Positions 7,600 through 18,267 are shown, counted from the first letter of the stretch. The stretch is DNA of 64,000 nucleotides from Lachnospiraceae bacterium (GCA_017543485.1 JAFYFY010000227.1:3480-67479); one strand, 5' to 3'. Notes: generated by a model not told the origin, from the letters alone. Translations and numbers: made by a program.

Positions 7600-8595
7600 T
7601 CAGTGCTTATCCAGATCCGTCTTTAATCTCTCCCGGAGCTGCTCCACCGTCAGGAAGTCCTTGTTCTCTCCGGAGCTGTACTCGAAGCCCGGTGCCACCA
7701 GCGTTCCGCCGGGGAGGACCTTGCTGCGGCCCCACCAGTTGTAGTGGGGATAGATGATGTAATGCTTTTCGTACTCGTAGGTGAACATGGAGTCCTCCCG
7801 GGTCACCATGATCTCGTGGAGCTTCTCACCCTCCCGGATGCCGATCTCCTTGGGCTTGCATCCCGGGAGCATGGCCTCTGCCAGGTCGGTGATGCGAAAG
7901 GACGGGATCTTGGAGATGAAGGTCTCTCCTCCCAGAGATTCCTCCAATGCTTTGATCACCAACTCCACTCCCTGCTCCAGGCTGATCCAGAACCGGGTCA
8001 TGCGGAAGTCCGTGATGGGAAGCTCGGTCTCTCCCTGATCGATGAGGTTCTGGAAGAAGGGGATAACGCTGCCTCTGCTGCCTGCCACATTTCCGTAGCG
8101 CACCACGGAAAAGGCCGGCCCGCCCTCGGCACTGTAGGAATTCGCCGCGCAGAAGAGCTTATCGGACACCAACTTGGTGCCGCCATAGAGGTTGATGGGG
8201 TTCACCGCCTTGTCCGTGGACAGGGCCACCACCTTTTTCACCCCGTTCTCCAGCGCTGCGGAGATCACGTTCATTGCGCCGTTTATATTGGTCTTGATGG
8301 CCTCGTTGGGGTTGTATTCGCAGGCGGGAACCTGCTTTAAGGCCGCCGCATGGATGACATAATCCACACCGTTCATGGCCATGCGAAGTCTGGCCTCGTC
8401 CCGGACATCGCCGATAAAGAACCGCAGGATCTTTGCGTGTTCTTTGTACTCATTGGCCATATTGAACTGCTTGAACTCGTCCCTGGAATAGATGATGATC
8501 TTCCGGGGATTGTAGTGGGCCAGTACATAGTCGACGAAATGGTGTCCGAAGGAGCCGGTGCCTCCGGTGATGAGGATTACTTTGTCATTCAGCAT
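7600..8595 (-). CDS. pseB: UDP-N-acetylglucosamine 4,6-dehydratase (inverting)
   Basis: ITGGTGSFG, SRDEFKQ, HAAALKQVPACEYNP, LSTDKAVNPINLYG, VRYGNVAGSRGSVIPFF, GIREGEKLHE. Confidence 0.92.
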   Translation of the reverse strand: MLNDKVILITGGTGSFGHHFVDYVLAHYNPRKIIIYSRDEFKQFNMANEYKEHAKILRFFIGDVRDEARLRMAMNGVDYVIHAAALKQVPACEYNPNEAIKTNINGAMNVISAALENGVKKVVALSTDKAVNPINLYGGTKLVSDKLFCAANSYSAEGGPAFSVVRYGNVAGSRGSVIPFFQNLIDQGETELPITDFRMTRFWISLEQGVELVIKALEESLGGETFISKIPSFRITDLAEAMLPGCKPKEIGIREGEKLHEIMVTREDSMFTYEYEKHYIIYPHYNWWGRSKVLPGGTLVAPGFEYSSGENKDFLTVEQLRERLKTDLDKH

Positions 8596-8624
8596 TCTTT
8601 TTTCTCCTGTAGATCAGTCGCGGA

Positions 8625-9329
8625 TCAGGTGTTTGAAACCGCCATCTCCTTTACCCGCCGGATGCCGTTCTCCACGGGCTTCAGTAGCAGCACCGCCACG
8701 GTGAGGATTCCCTCCAGCAGGATATACGCATAATTGTAAATGATGGGATAGACCACCGCCAGGGACTGCGGGAATTCCTCCGGCATATAGTCCATCCAGT
8801 AGAGGTATCCGCCGATGCTGTGGAACAGCCCCCGGAGCAGGATGCCGCAGATATAGCCCAGGAAGAGCCCGTTCTTTTTGTTTGCAAAAAAACCGGAAAC
8901 CCCCAGCGCCGTAAAGGCAAAGAAATAATCCATGCAAAGCTGCAGCGGGGAAAGCATGTAACTGCCGCCTCCCTGCACGAACTGCAGCAGGCTGTAGGCA
9001 AAGGCCGCCGTAAATCCCGCCTTCGGTCCGTAGAAATACCCCACCAGGGAGACGAAGAGCATGGAGAGCATCGTCACGGAGCCGCCCCAGGGCAGATGGA
9101 AGATCTTCACAAAGGAAAGGACAAAGGCCAGAGCCAGGCATACGCCGGAAAAGACCAGCTGTCTGACGGAAAATCCGCTGCCTTTTTTCGCCTCCGCAGC
9201 TTCTTTTTCGTTCCTTCCGCCCTTCAAAAAGGCCAGCACCAGAAGTGCCACCACCACCAGCGCCACTGCGCAGCCGTTTCCCAGAGGGGTCATCTCATAG
9301 TACCCCTCCTGTGAGATCCAAAGTTTCAT
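8625..9329 (-). CDS. thiT: Energy-coupled thiamine transporter (ECF S component)
   Basis: LPWGGSVT, QLCMDY, HSIGG, YNYAYI motifs; TPP riboswitch directly upstream. Confidence 0.88.
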   Translation of the reverse strand: MKLWISQEGYYEMTPLGNGCAVALVVVALLVLAFLKGGRNEKEAAEAKKGSGFSVRQLVFSGVCLALAFVLSFVKIFHLPWGGSVTMLSMLFVSLVGYFYGPKAGFTAAFAYSLLQFVQGGGSYMLSPLQLCMDYFFAFTALGVSGFFANKKNGLFLGYICGILLRGLFHSIGGYLYWMDYMPEEFPQSLAVVYPIIYNYAYILLEGILTVAVLLLKPVENGIRRVKEMAVSNT

Positions 9330-9339
9330 ATTCTCTTCT

Positions 9340-9445
9340 CCTTCCTTACGCCGGCATTATCCGGATCAAGTTCCGGGATATGGGATCCATATCCCCGGGG
9401 TATCGGGCCTTTGCCCTCTCTCAGCCGTTTCAGCTCCCCCGGCTC
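9340..9445 (-). ncRNA. TPP riboswitch
   Basis: Minus strand GGGGGAGCTG-AAAC-GGCTGAGAG...GAACTTGATCCGGATAATGCCGGCGTAAGGAAG, matching the THI-box consensus, upstream of thiT. Confidence 0.92.
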
Positions 9446-9561
9446 TGCGCACCATGCGCAGGAACCTTGTCTATGATATGCCGTGAGGGAAGGATTTGTC
9501 AAACAAAATCGGTGTTTTGCAGGCGTATTGCAGAAGCCCCTTGGATGCCCCTCCGGCGCCG

Positions 9562-10305
9562 TCAGATCCAGCCGCCGTCGATGGCGATGATCTGTCCGGT
9601 CATGTACTCCGGGGACTGCAGCACGTGGAGCGCCAGCTTTGCCACCTCTCCCGGGGTTCCGATGCGGTCCGCGGGGATCTCCCGGCGAAGCTCCTCCATC
9701 TCCTCCTCGGAAAAGCAGGCGTTCATGGTGGTGTCGATGACGCCGCAGGCGATGGCGTTCACTGCGATGCCGCTGGGGGCCAGTTCCTTCGCCAGGGCCT
9801 TGGTGAAGGCATTGATACCTCCCTTGGATGCGGAGTAGGCCACCTCCAGGGAGGCCCCGGCGCTGCCCCAGACGGAGGAGATGTTCAGGATCCGCCCGCT
9901 GTGCTTTTGCAGCATCAAAGGGATGGCGCATTTGCAGGTATAAAAAGCCCCGCCCAGGTTCACATCCATGACCCGGCTCCACTCCTCCGGTGTCATATCC
10001 GCCAGCAGCCCCACATGGGAGATCCCGGCGTTATTGATCAGTACATCCAGCTCATCGATCTCGTCAAAAAGGGTGCGCACCTCCTCCCATTTCCCCATGT
10101 CGGTCTGCTTCGGCATGCAGGAGACGCCATATTCTTCCTCCAGGTGCTTCGCTAAGGTCTTTAGCTTCCCCATGCTCCCCGAGCAGGTCAGCACCAGATC
10201 ATATCCTGCTGCCGCCAGCTCCTCCGCAATGGCTGCTCCGATGCCTCTGGACGCCCCGGTGACCATGGCCAGGGGACGCCCGGTTGAGATCTTGTTTTTC
10301 CGCAT
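9562..10305 (-). CDS. SDR family oxidoreductase (FabG/YmfI-like)
   Basis: TGASRGIG, LINNAG, NISSVWG, YSASK motifs. Confidence 0.88.
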   Translation of the reverse strand: MRKNKISTGRPLAMVTGASRGIGAAIAEELAAAGYDLVLTCSGSMGKLKTLAKHLEEEYGVSCMPKQTDMGKWEEVRTLFDEIDELDVLINNAGISHVGLLADMTPEEWSRVMDVNLGGAFYTCKCAIPLMLQKHSGRILNISSVWGSAGASLEVAYSASKGGINAFTKALAKELAPSGIAVNAIACGVIDTTMNACFSEEEMEELRREIPADRIGTPGEVAKLALHVLQSPEYMTGQIIAIDGGWI

Positions 10306-10433
10306 ATCGCTCACCTCCCCGCACTCGTTTTAGACAAACACCTCCTTCCGTCATAACGTACGGCAGGAGGTGCATTCTTCTTTCTATATAGCATATTTGC
10401 GCGTTTTTTTCAATCGGAAAGGAATCCCCCCGG

Positions 10434-12380
10434 TCACTGCGTCCCGCTTGGAACCTTCAGGCAGCGGATGGCATTTAACACCGCGATGACCATAACACCC
10501 ACATCCGCAAAGACTGCCACCCACATGTTGGCGATGCCAAGGGCCCCCAGGATCAGGCACAGGAACTTGACGCCGATGGCAAAGACGATGTTTTCGAAGA
10601 CGATCCGCAGACATTTGCGGGAAATGTACATGGCCAGAGCGATCTTCCGGGGATCATCGTCCATCAGCACCACGTCCGCAGCCTCGATGGCTGCATCGGA
10701 TCCCAGTCCCCCCATGGCGATGCCCACATCCGCACGGGACAGGACCGGTGCATCGTTGATACCGTCTCCCACAAAGGCGACACGGTCCCCGGTCTTTGTC
10801 AGGAGCTCCTCCACCTTCGTCACTTTATCCGCGGGCAAAAGCTCCGCATACCAGCTGTCCACTCCCAGATCCTTTGCCACATGCTCCGCGGCCTGCATCC
10901 GGTCTCCGGTGAGCATCACCGTCTGTCTGATGCCGGCTGCCTTCAGGCCCCTGATGGCCTGAGCGGCACCTTCCTTCACCCGGTCAGAGATCACGATGCG
11001 CCCCGCATAGCTTCCGTCCACCGCCAGATACACCGCGGTGCCGGCTCCGTCGTATTCCGGAACCTCCAATCCCAGACGCTTCATCAGCTTCCGGTTCCCG
11101 GCGGCCACGTTCCGTCCGCCCACTCCGGCGGTGACGCCGTGTCCGGAGATTTCCGTCACATCCGTAACGAGAGAAGGATCCGGGGCTTCCGCGCGCTGCG
11201 CATACGCCTCCCGGATGCTCCCCGCGATGGGATGGGTGGAGTAGAGCTCCGCATGGGCCGCGTAATACAGGAGCGCCGTTTCCGGGGACATAGATTTTCC
11301 GCCCGTTCCGGCATCCGCACCTTCCGCAAACCCGTCTGCGGGAGTCACCTCCGTCACCGCAAAGACACCCTCCGTCAGGGTTCCGGTCTTGTCAAAGACG
11401 CACACCCGCACCTTGGAGAGCGTCTCCAGATAGTTGGAACCCTTCACCAGGATCCCTCTGGAGGATGCGGCGCCGATGCCGCCGAAAAAGCTTAAGGGAA
11501 TGGAGATCACCAGTGCGCAGGGGCAGCTGATGACCAGGAAGGTCAGGGCCCGGATCACCCAGGTCCAGACACTCACCTCCCTCCCGGACAGGGCCAGGAT
11601 CACCGGGGGAAGGACCGCCAGCGCCAGCGCGGAAAAGCACACTGCCGGGGTATAATACCTGGCAAATTTGCTGATGAAGTCCTCCGAGCGGGATTTCTTT
11701 AAACTGGAGTTTTCCACCAGATCCAGGATCTTCGATGCGGTGGACTCTCCGAATTCCTTTGTGGTCCGGATCTTCAACAGGCCGTTTTCGCTGATGCAGC
11801 CGCTGATGACCTCATCCCCCTCATGAACGCTCCGGGGGACGCTCTCGCCGGTAAGGGCCACGGTATTTACGCTCCCGCTGCCGGATACCACGATGCCGTC
11901 GATGGGGATCTTCTCACCGGGCTTTATCAGGATCAGGGAACCGATCTCCACATCATCCGGATCTACGGTCTCGGTCTCTCCGTCCTCTCCCACCAGATTC
12001 GCATAGTCCGGTCGGATATCCATCAGGTCCGTGATGCTCTTGCGGCTCTTTCCCACGGCCACGGACTGGAACAGCTCTCCGATCTGATAAAAGAGCATCA
12101 CTGCCACGCCCTCTAAGTAGCCGCCCTCTTCGCCGTCCGTAAAAAAGCCCAACACCATGGCCCCCACGGTAGCCACCGCCATCAGGAAGTTTTCGTCGAA
12201 GACCTGGCCGTTTTTGATCCCCAGCACCGCCTTCCGAAGCACATCCCAGCCGATGATCCCGTAGGGGATCAGGTACAGGAACAGTCTCCAGGGGTTCTGC
12301 AGGGGTACAAAATGCCAGAGGATCAGAAGCACCGCCGTCACAAGGATCCGGTATAAGGTTTTTTTCTGTTTTTTCGTCAT
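10434..12380 (-). CDS. cadA: Cd/Zn-translocating P1B-type ATPase
   Basis: LTGES, SCPCAL, FDKTGTLT, HP, MLTGD, VGDGINDAP motifs. Confidence 0.92.
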   Translation of the reverse strand: MTKKQKKTLYRILVTAVLLILWHFVPLQNPWRLFLYLIPYGIIGWDVLRKAVLGIKNGQVFDENFLMAVATVGAMVLGFFTDGEEGGYLEGVAVMLFYQIGELFQSVAVGKSRKSITDLMDIRPDYANLVGEDGETETVDPDDVEIGSLILIKPGEKIPIDGIVVSGSGSVNTVALTGESVPRSVHEGDEVISGCISENGLLKIRTTKEFGESTASKILDLVENSSLKKSRSEDFISKFARYYTPAVCFSALALAVLPPVILALSGREVSVWTWVIRALTFLVISCPCALVISIPLSFFGGIGAASSRGILVKGSNYLETLSKVRVCVFDKTGTLTEGVFAVTEVTPADGFAEGADAGTGGKSMSPETALLYYAAHAELYSTHPIAGSIREAYAQRAEAPDPSLVTDVTEISGHGVTAGVGGRNVAAGNRKLMKRLGLEVPEYDGAGTAVYLAVDGSYAGRIVISDRVKEGAAQAIRGLKAAGIRQTVMLTGDRMQAAEHVAKDLGVDSWYAELLPADKVTKVEELLTKTGDRVAFVGDGINDAPVLSRADVGIAMGGLGSDAAIEAADVVLMDDDPRKIALAMYISRKCLRIVFENIVFAIGVKFLCLILGALGIANMWVAVFADVGVMVIAVLNAIRCLKVPSGTQ

Positions 12381-12427
12381 GATCGTCCCGGCCTGTGCGG
12401 CCATCCGCCTCCCTTACATACGCTTCC

Positions 12428-12649
12428 TCAGATCCCGAAGATCTCGCAGTCGCTCTCCACCTTCTTGCAGGCCTTCAAAACATCCTGCATCACGCCGGCA
12501 TCATCCGCCCCTTCGGCAAACTCCACCTTCATCTTCTGGCTCATGAAGCTCACGGAGGCATCCGCAACTCCGGCCACGGTCTTTGCCGCATCTTCCATCT
12601 TCTGAGCGCAGGCAGCGCAGTCCACTTCGATCTTGTAGGTCTTCTTCAT
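12428..12649 (-). CDS. Heavy-metal-associated (HMA) domain protein
   Basis: MKKTYKIEVDCAACAQKME CxxC motif; AGGAGG RBS. Confidence 0.88.
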   Translation of the reverse strand: MKKTYKIEVDCAACAQKMEDAAKTVAGVADASVSFMSQKMKVEFAEGADDAGVMQDVLKACKKVESDCEIFGI

Positions 12650-12675
12650 GTTGTCTCCTCCTTGTTGTACGAACA

Positions 12676-12730
12676 AACATATGAACAACTATTCATATGT
12701 TCATTATATTCCATTCCCTTTCCATGTCAA
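12676..12730 (-). promoter_or_regulatory. SigA promoter plus ArsR/SmtB(CadC)-type operator
   Basis: TTGACA-N16-TATAAT (12730-12703), followed by the palindrome AACATATGAA-N6-TTCATATGTT (12676-12701). Confidence 0.8.
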
Positions 12731-12830
12731 GAAAAACTTATCCCTGTTTGCAGCCTTTATGCAAAACCGGCCAGATGTAAAAAACGGGGATGCCAAAGCA
12801 CCCCCGTCTCGGGTTTTCCCGGTCCCGCTT

Positions 12831-13751
12831 TTACTGATTATTTGCGTCCGTGTAGTCCGGTCCCTTGGGAGCATCCGATACGGGCGTAAAGTAAGGGTTC
12901 GTGGGAGCCGCGCCGGCCGCATTCGGATCTGTGGGCTGGCCGTAGGCAGGCTGGCCATAGGCGTCATACTGCACGTTCTGGGGTTGCATAGGCTGACCAT
13001 AGGCGTCATACTGCACGTTCTGAGGCTGCATAGGCTGACCGTAGGGCTCGGTCAGCTGCTGTCCGTAGGGATCTGCCTGAGGCTGCACAGGCTGACCGTA
13101 CACATCAAACTGCTGGGGCTGTGCGCCGTAAGGAGTTCCCGTTCCGTAAGGGTTCCCGGCTCCGTAGCCTGCGCCGCCTGCACCCGTGGGGGTATAGGGA
13201 GTGTATCCGCCATCCTCTCCCACATAGACCATATTCTTGGAAAATGCCAGGATGCAAAGGAAAATCACCTGCAGGAAGATGAGGCCCACGGCAAACCCGC
13301 CGCCCTGACCGAATGCCTTAGCCAGTCCCACGGCCCGCAGAATGACCATGATCAGGCCCACGATCCCGCCTGCCACGAACAGCACTGCGCCGATGGCCAG
13401 GGACCCCTGGACGGAATCATTGAAAGAGCCCGTGAAGATCCCGCCGACAAACATGCCGAGGAAGCTGACGAAGAACATGATCAGTCCCACGGTGGTGGCG
13501 ATGCTGGCACCCAGCCATGCCCAGAACAGATTCGCCTTCCCGGCGACCTTGAACCAGACATACTGTCTGTAATAGGGAATGATGGAAGCCCATCCGTGCT
13601 CTCCCGCCTTTTCGTAGATCATCCACAGGGCGATGATGGTCATGACAAAGACCGCAAAATTGATAAAACCGGAACCGGAAGAGGTCACCGCCGTGGTGCG
13701 GGTCAGCTCCTCCAGCATGTCGCTGAGTTCGGACGTGTAAGATGCGCTCAT
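12831..13751 (-). CDS. DUF5684-like membrane protein with a Pro/Gln/Tyr-rich repeat tail
   Basis: WMIYEKAGEHGWASIIPYY and LAKAFGQGGGFAVGL motifs; YGQP repeats at the C-terminus. Confidence 0.75.
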   Translation of the reverse strand: MSASYTSELSDMLEELTRTTAVTSSGSGFINFAVFVMTIIALWMIYEKAGEHGWASIIPYYRQYVWFKVAGKANLFWAWLGASIATTVGLIMFFVSFLGMFVGGIFTGSFNDSVQGSLAIGAVLFVAGGIVGLIMVILRAVGLAKAFGQGGGFAVGLIFLQVIFLCILAFSKNMVYVGEDGGYTPYTPTGAGGAGYGAGNPYGTGTPYGAQPQQFDVYGQPVQPQADPYGQQLTEPYGQPMQPQNVQYDAYGQPMQPQNVQYDAYGQPAYGQPTDPNAAGAAPTNPYFTPVSDAPKGPDYTDANNQ

Positions 13752-13878
13752 AATCTCCTCGCTTTCTGTCTCATCTTGCGCACGGGGCGCACAAAAGATA
13801 TAATAAATAAGACTTCATATGGCATCTTATCACATTTCAGAGTAACATCCTACATTTTTTTCAATCCGGAGGTATGCG

Positions 13879-15597
13879 ATGCTCAAAAACCGTAAGATCA
13901 CCTTCAAGATCCTGTCCGGCGTGGTGCCCATTCTGGTGGTGCTGCTGGTGCTCTCCCTCTATGCCGCCTACAGGCAGGACAGCACCTATTCCCTGGCCAA
14001 ATCCACCTATTATGATGCGGTCTACCGGATCAACAACGCCCTGGTAAGCGCGGACCGGGACTTCCAGCAGGCCCAGATCGCCAATATGACCATCTGGTCC
14101 ACCTTTGCGCTTAAGGAGGAAGACCGCCTGACCCTTCTGGAGGATTACAACAAGAACATCGGCCAGGTGGCAGACGGCGCGGCCAATGTGCTGCAGATGC
14201 TGGAGAGTCATCCGGATCTGGCAAAATTTGCCGCGGACGGCACCACCTTCCGGGATCAGGCGCTGGCTTTCCAGAGTGCCTTAGCGGACTGGGTGGCCCT
14301 TTACGATCCCAACACCAAGGAAGGGGTCTACAAGGTGCAGCAGGGAGCGTTTGAAGACACCCGCTCCTATCTGGATGAGATGGAGAATATGCTGGAGCAA
14401 TACGCGGACGCACAGGATGCCATCATCTCCGCCCAGACCCGCAGAGCCATCTTCCAGAGCCTCCTCATCAGCCTGATCCTCATCGCCCTGGGTGTCATCT
14501 ACAACCTCTACATCAGCCTGTATATCAGACGCAATGTCTCCTCCGTCACCGGATCCGTGGAGGCCCTGGCAGACCGGGATCTCACCGGTACGGTCAAGGA
14601 GAACGACTCCCGGGACGAATTCGGGATCCTCTCCCGGGCAGCTTCCTCCGTATACGCCTCCCTGCGGGAGATCCTGGGGCAGCTCCGGGATGTCTCCGCC
14701 GTGATGGAAAAGGACAGCTCCAATCTGGCCCGCAGTGCCAGGGACGCGGACACCTCCGTGGGGAACATTTCCGATGCCATCCATGAAATGGCCAACACCG
14801 CCACGCTGCAGGCCCAGGATGCGGACACCATCTCCAAAAACATCACAGAGCTCAACACCGTGGTAGAGCGGAGCCGCACCAGCGCCTCCAACCTGGGAGA
14901 GGCCAGCACCGCCATCCGGGGCGCCACCAAAGAGGGCATGGACGTGGTGGATACCCTGACGGATACGGCAGACCGGAGCATGGAAGCCTTTGAGAGCATC
15001 TTCCGGGTCTTAGAAGACATCCACACCAGCACCGCCAGGATCGGAGAGGCCAGCGAACTCATCTCCAGCATTGCCGAGCAGACCAATCTCCTGTCCCTGA
15101 ACGCCAGCATCGAGGCTGCCAGAGCAGGTGAGGCCGGACGGGGCTTTGCCGTGGTGGCGGATGAGATTCGGCATCTGTCCGAGGAATCCGCAGGTTCCGT
15201 GGATCTCATCGGAAAGCTCCTGCAGGAGCTGGAGCAGAACGCGGAGGCCTCCAAGCAGCAGAGCGTCGTGGTCCGAGAGTGCATCGAGGCCGAGAACCGT
15301 TCCGTGGGGGAGACCCGCGACAGATTCCGGGATATCGTGGACTGCGTGGAAAACATCAACGCGGAGATTGAGAGCCTGGAGCAGGTCAATACCGACCTTA
15401 CAAACCGCTTCGATCAGGTCAGTGACCTGGTGAACAGCCTCTCCGCCGCAGCGGAGGAAAATGCCGCCGCCAGCGAGGAGATCGCCGCCACTGCCATCAC
15501 CGTCTCCGAGACCATTTCCGACTTCCTCACCATCAGCGAAGAGGTGGGGGAAAAGGCGGAGAACCTGGTGCAGATCACGGAAGAGTTCAAGCTCTGA
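13879..15597 (+). CDS. Methyl-accepting chemotaxis protein
   Basis: Two TM segments, HAMP (RDEFG), and [34 protein letters not shown] signalling hairpin. Confidence 0.93.
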   Translation: MLKNRKITFKILSGVVPILVVLLVLSLYAAYRQDSTYSLAKSTYYDAVYRINNALVSADRDFQQAQIANMTIWSTFALKEEDRLTLLEDYNKNIGQVADGAANVLQMLESHPDLAKFAADGTTFRDQALAFQSALADWVALYDPNTKEGVYKVQQGAFEDTRSYLDEMENMLEQYADAQDAIISAQTRRAIFQSLLISLILIALGVIYNLYISLYIRRNVSSVTGSVEALADRDLTGTVKENDSRDEFGILSRAASSVYASLREILGQLRDVSAVMEKDSSNLARSARDADTSVGNISDAIHEMANTATLQAQDADTISKNITELNTVVERSRTSASNLGEASTAIRGATKEGMDVVDTLTDTADRSMEAFESIFRVLEDIHTSTARIGEASELISSIAEQTNLLSLNASIEAARAGEAGRGFAVVADEIRHLSEESAGSVDLIGKLLQELEQNAEASKQQSVVVRECIEAENRSVGETRDRFRDIVDCVENINAEIESLEQVNTDLTNRFDQVSDLVNSLSAAAEENAAASEEIAATAITVSETISDFLTISEEVGEKAENLVQITEEFKL

Positions 15598-15635
15598 TCC
15601 GCATTTACGGGCTCTTTTTCCAAAACACCTGCATA

Positions 15636-15676
15636 CAAAAGCCGCCGGCGGGATTGATACCCTGCCGGCGGTTTTC
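15636..15676. terminator. Probable bidirectional terminator
   Basis: aaaagccgccggcggg...cctgccggcggtttt between convergent genes. Confidence 0.65.
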
Positions 15677-15722
15677 CTGCTTCACATAAAAGAGGATCCG
15701 GTCTCCCGGTGCCCCTCGCGTC

Positions 15723-15995
15723 TCAGTCCTCGAAAGAAACCTCCAGTTTCTCGTTCTCCTGCGCTGCCCGCTCGCACATACGCTTCAGGCTCCGCACATA
15801 TTTGCCGAGTACCGCTTCCGCCTCGGCGCAGCCCGTAAAATGCAGGCTCCAGCCCGCCGACTGCTCCGTCAGCACATCATAAAGCGCATCTAGCGTCCCG
15901 CCGTAATAATCCGGCAGGGGCAGGGTCTCCTCCAGGAGCCCTTGCAGGTCGTCGGCGCTGTAGATCTCATGCAGATCGATCTCGTATTTTGTCAT
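15723..15995 (-). CDS. Barstar family ribonuclease inhibitor
   Basis: LPLPDYYGGTLDALYDVLTE barstar motif. Confidence 0.85.
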   Translation of the reverse strand: MTKYEIDLHEIYSADDLQGLLEETLPLPDYYGGTLDALYDVLTEQSAGWSLHFTGCAEAEAVLGKYVRSLKRMCERAAQENEKLEVSFED

Positions 15996-16066
15996 GTCAC
16001 TCTCCTGTTGCGTACCTATCCTCCCGGATTCCTGTGCGATCATTCCGGGCTTTTGTTCCGTTCCTG

Positions 16067-16726
16067 TCACGGCTCTCCATAAAGCAGGGTAAAGGACTCG
16101 TAATGGTCATCCGTGTAATAGATCAGGCCGTCATTTGAAAAGATGATGCGCTTTGCTCCCCGGCTTTTCTTTCCCAGGGTGTCGATGTCGCATTCGTGAT
16201 ACTCCCGGCCCTTTTTCTCCGGAAGCAGGCCTTCGTAGTTTCCGAAGTAGTCCCCGCCGATGCATTTCCCCGGGGCCACCTTTTCCACTGAGCCCCCTTC
16301 CCATCCCAGGGCTTTGGCCTGTTTCTTGGTGATAAAGTTGGAGGGAAGCTCCCCGTAGGTCAGGATGTACAGTGCCACATCCTCCTTGGAGCTGTAGGTT
16401 CCGTCCCGGTCGATTGCAGGTTCCGGCTCCGCCTCCTGCGCCGGCGGTTCCTGTTCCGGTTCCGGTTCTTCCGCCTCCGGTACCTGCGCTTCTGTCTCCG
16501 GTTCCTGCACCTGCGTCTCTGCGACGGTCTCGCCCGCCGGGTCTGTGCCCGTCTCTGCCGTCAGTTTCGCAGCCTCTCCTGCGGGGTCTTCGGCAGGCAG
16601 AGTCGCGATCTCCGCGATCTCCTGGGTCTGCTGGGCGGTCTTTCGCCCGCAGGAAGGCAGTGTCAGGATCAGCACGGCCAAAAGCAGGATCCCTGTCTTT
16701 TTCAATACGGTTCGTATCTGTTTCAT
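16067..16726 (-). CDS. Barnase-like guanyl-specific ribonuclease, predicted lipoprotein
   Basis: Lipobox LPSC, acidic Pro/Glu linker, LPSNFITKKQA...IGGDYFGNYEGLLP...YHECDI...RGAKRIIFSNDGLIYYTDDHYESF. Confidence 0.88.
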   Translation of the reverse strand: MKQIRTVLKKTGILLLAVLILTLPSCGRKTAQQTQEIAEIATLPAEDPAGEAAKLTAETGTDPAGETVAETQVQEPETEAQVPEAEEPEPEQEPPAQEAEPEPAIDRDGTYSSKEDVALYILTYGELPSNFITKKQAKALGWEGGSVEKVAPGKCIGGDYFGNYEGLLPEKKGREYHECDIDTLGKKSRGAKRIIFSNDGLIYYTDDHYESFTLLYGEP

Positions 16727-16738
16727 ATATATGTCTCC

Positions 16739-17731
16739 CTAGGGATTTAACCTCCGGCACACCAGCACGTCCGCTTCCTTTAATTTCGTATTGCGGGTGG
16801 GCATGGCACAGAGTCCGTCCCGGATGAGAACGCACACATCCAGTCCCTGGGTGTCCTCCACCCATTTCACCGTCTTTCCGTACAGCGGCGTCTGCTTCGT
16901 CACGGTCATGGACACCAGTCCGTTCCGCTCCTCCCCGGGAGCCTGTCCCAGCTGGATGGAGGTGTAGCGCTCCACGAATCCCGCGGAGATGATGCCCGTG
17001 GGGATGGCGATCACACCCACCGACAGGAGGTTGATGAGGATGGCGAAAAACTGCCCCGCCACCGTCACGGGATACACATCCCCGTATCCCACGGTAAAGA
17101 TGGTCATGGCGCTCCACCAGATGCCGGAAAAGGCATTTCGGAAGACCTCCGGCTGGGCGTCATGCTCGATGCTGTACATGCACAGGGAGGAGGCCAGGAT
17201 CAGAAGGAGCAGGATGAAGACGGAGCTCATGATCTGATTCCGCTTTTCATACAGCACGGACAGGATGGCATGGAAAGAATCGTAGCTGGCATTGATCCGG
17301 AACAGGTGCAGGATCCGCACCGCCCGCAGAAGCCGGAATACCACGAATCCCGTGAGGAAAAAGAAGGGCAGGATGGTGAGAAGCTCCACCAGGCCGTCGA
17401 AGGAAAAGAGGAATTTCAGGACAGCCTTTTTCCGGGTCAGCTTCGGATACAGATAATCCGCCGTCCAGATCCGGAGGATGTATTCCGCCAGGAAAAAGAG
17501 GATGCACACCACCTCCACCACGCGGTAGAGGGGCGCCAGAAAGGCCAGTTCCTCAAAGGTCTCCATGAAAAGAGCCGCGATGTTCACCAGGATCACCGCC
17601 ACCAGCAAGATGTCAAAGGTCCGGCTGTAGAAGTCGCCTTTTTGCCCGATCTGGATGATGTCAAAGATCCGTCTGCGGGAGAACTGCTCCCTCCCGGTTT
17701 TCTTCTTTTTTCCCCCGGTCTTCTTTCCCAT
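16739..17731 (-). CDS. Voltage-gated-type potassium channel with C-terminal TrkA-C/RCK_C domain
   Basis: S4-like RLLRAVRILHLFR and TVGYGD selectivity filter. Confidence 0.88.
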   Translation of the reverse strand: MGKKTGGKKKKTGREQFSRRRIFDIIQIGQKGDFYSRTFDILLVAVILVNIAALFMETFEELAFLAPLYRVVEVVCILFFLAEYILRIWTADYLYPKLTRKKAVLKFLFSFDGLVELLTILPFFFLTGFVVFRLLRAVRILHLFRINASYDSFHAILSVLYEKRNQIMSSVFILLLLILASSLCMYSIEHDAQPEVFRNAFSGIWWSAMTIFTVGYGDVYPVTVAGQFFAILINLLSVGVIAIPTGIISAGFVERYTSIQLGQAPGEERNGLVSMTVTKQTPLYGKTVKWVEDTQGLDVCVLIRDGLCAMPTRNTKLKEADVLVCRRLNP

Positions 17732-17787
17732 TTTCCTTCTTCCGTCCGGACGAAACGTCCGTGTCCCCGTTTCCGGATCCGCCCCTG

Positions 17788-18255
17788 TTACAGCAGATCC
17801 ATGAAGCTGCCGTGCTCATCCAGCCATCTTTTATGCTCCCGAAAATCCGGATCCCGCAGCTCCACCTCGTACCAGAAGGCCCGGCTGTGGTCCATGTGCA
17901 GCAGGTGGCACAGCTCATGGATGATCACATAGCGGATGCACTCCGGCGGGCACAGCATCAGATGCCAGGACAGATTGATCCGTCTGTCCTCGCTGCAGGA
18001 GCCCCATCTGCCAGTGGCATGGGAGATCCGAAGGGAGGCGTAGGCAAAGCCGTGCTTTGCGGCCTCGGATTCCAGGTGCCAGGTCAGATACGGCTTTGCC
18101 TGCTGCTTCACCCATCCGGCCAGCTGCTCCGGCGTGGTCCCTTCCGGCAGGTACAGGCGCTCTCCCACCTTGCGGATCCGGCCTCTTCCCCCCACCGCCA
18201 GTTCCAGCTCACTTCCCAGGTATGGCAGTTTTTCACCGCTGATGCAGGCGATCAC
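17788..18255 (-). CDS. YgjP/M48-like zinc metallopeptidase domain protein
   Basis: RWGSCS, INLSWHL, YVIIHELCHLLHMDHSRAFW. Confidence 0.8.
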   Translation of the reverse strand: MIACISGEKLPYLGSELELAVGGRGRIRKVGERLYLPEGTTPEQLAGWVKQQAKPYLTWHLESEAAKHGFAYASLRISHATGRWGSCSEDRRINLSWHLMLCPPECIRYVIIHELCHLLHMDHSRAFWYEVELRDPDFREHKRWLDEHGSFMDLL

Positions 18256-18267
18256 TGCTTCTCCCTG

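Noticed and set aside
12900-13130. 42-bp coding repeats in the DUF5684-like gene
   Set aside because: Ordinary low-complexity Pro/Gln/Tyr tail.
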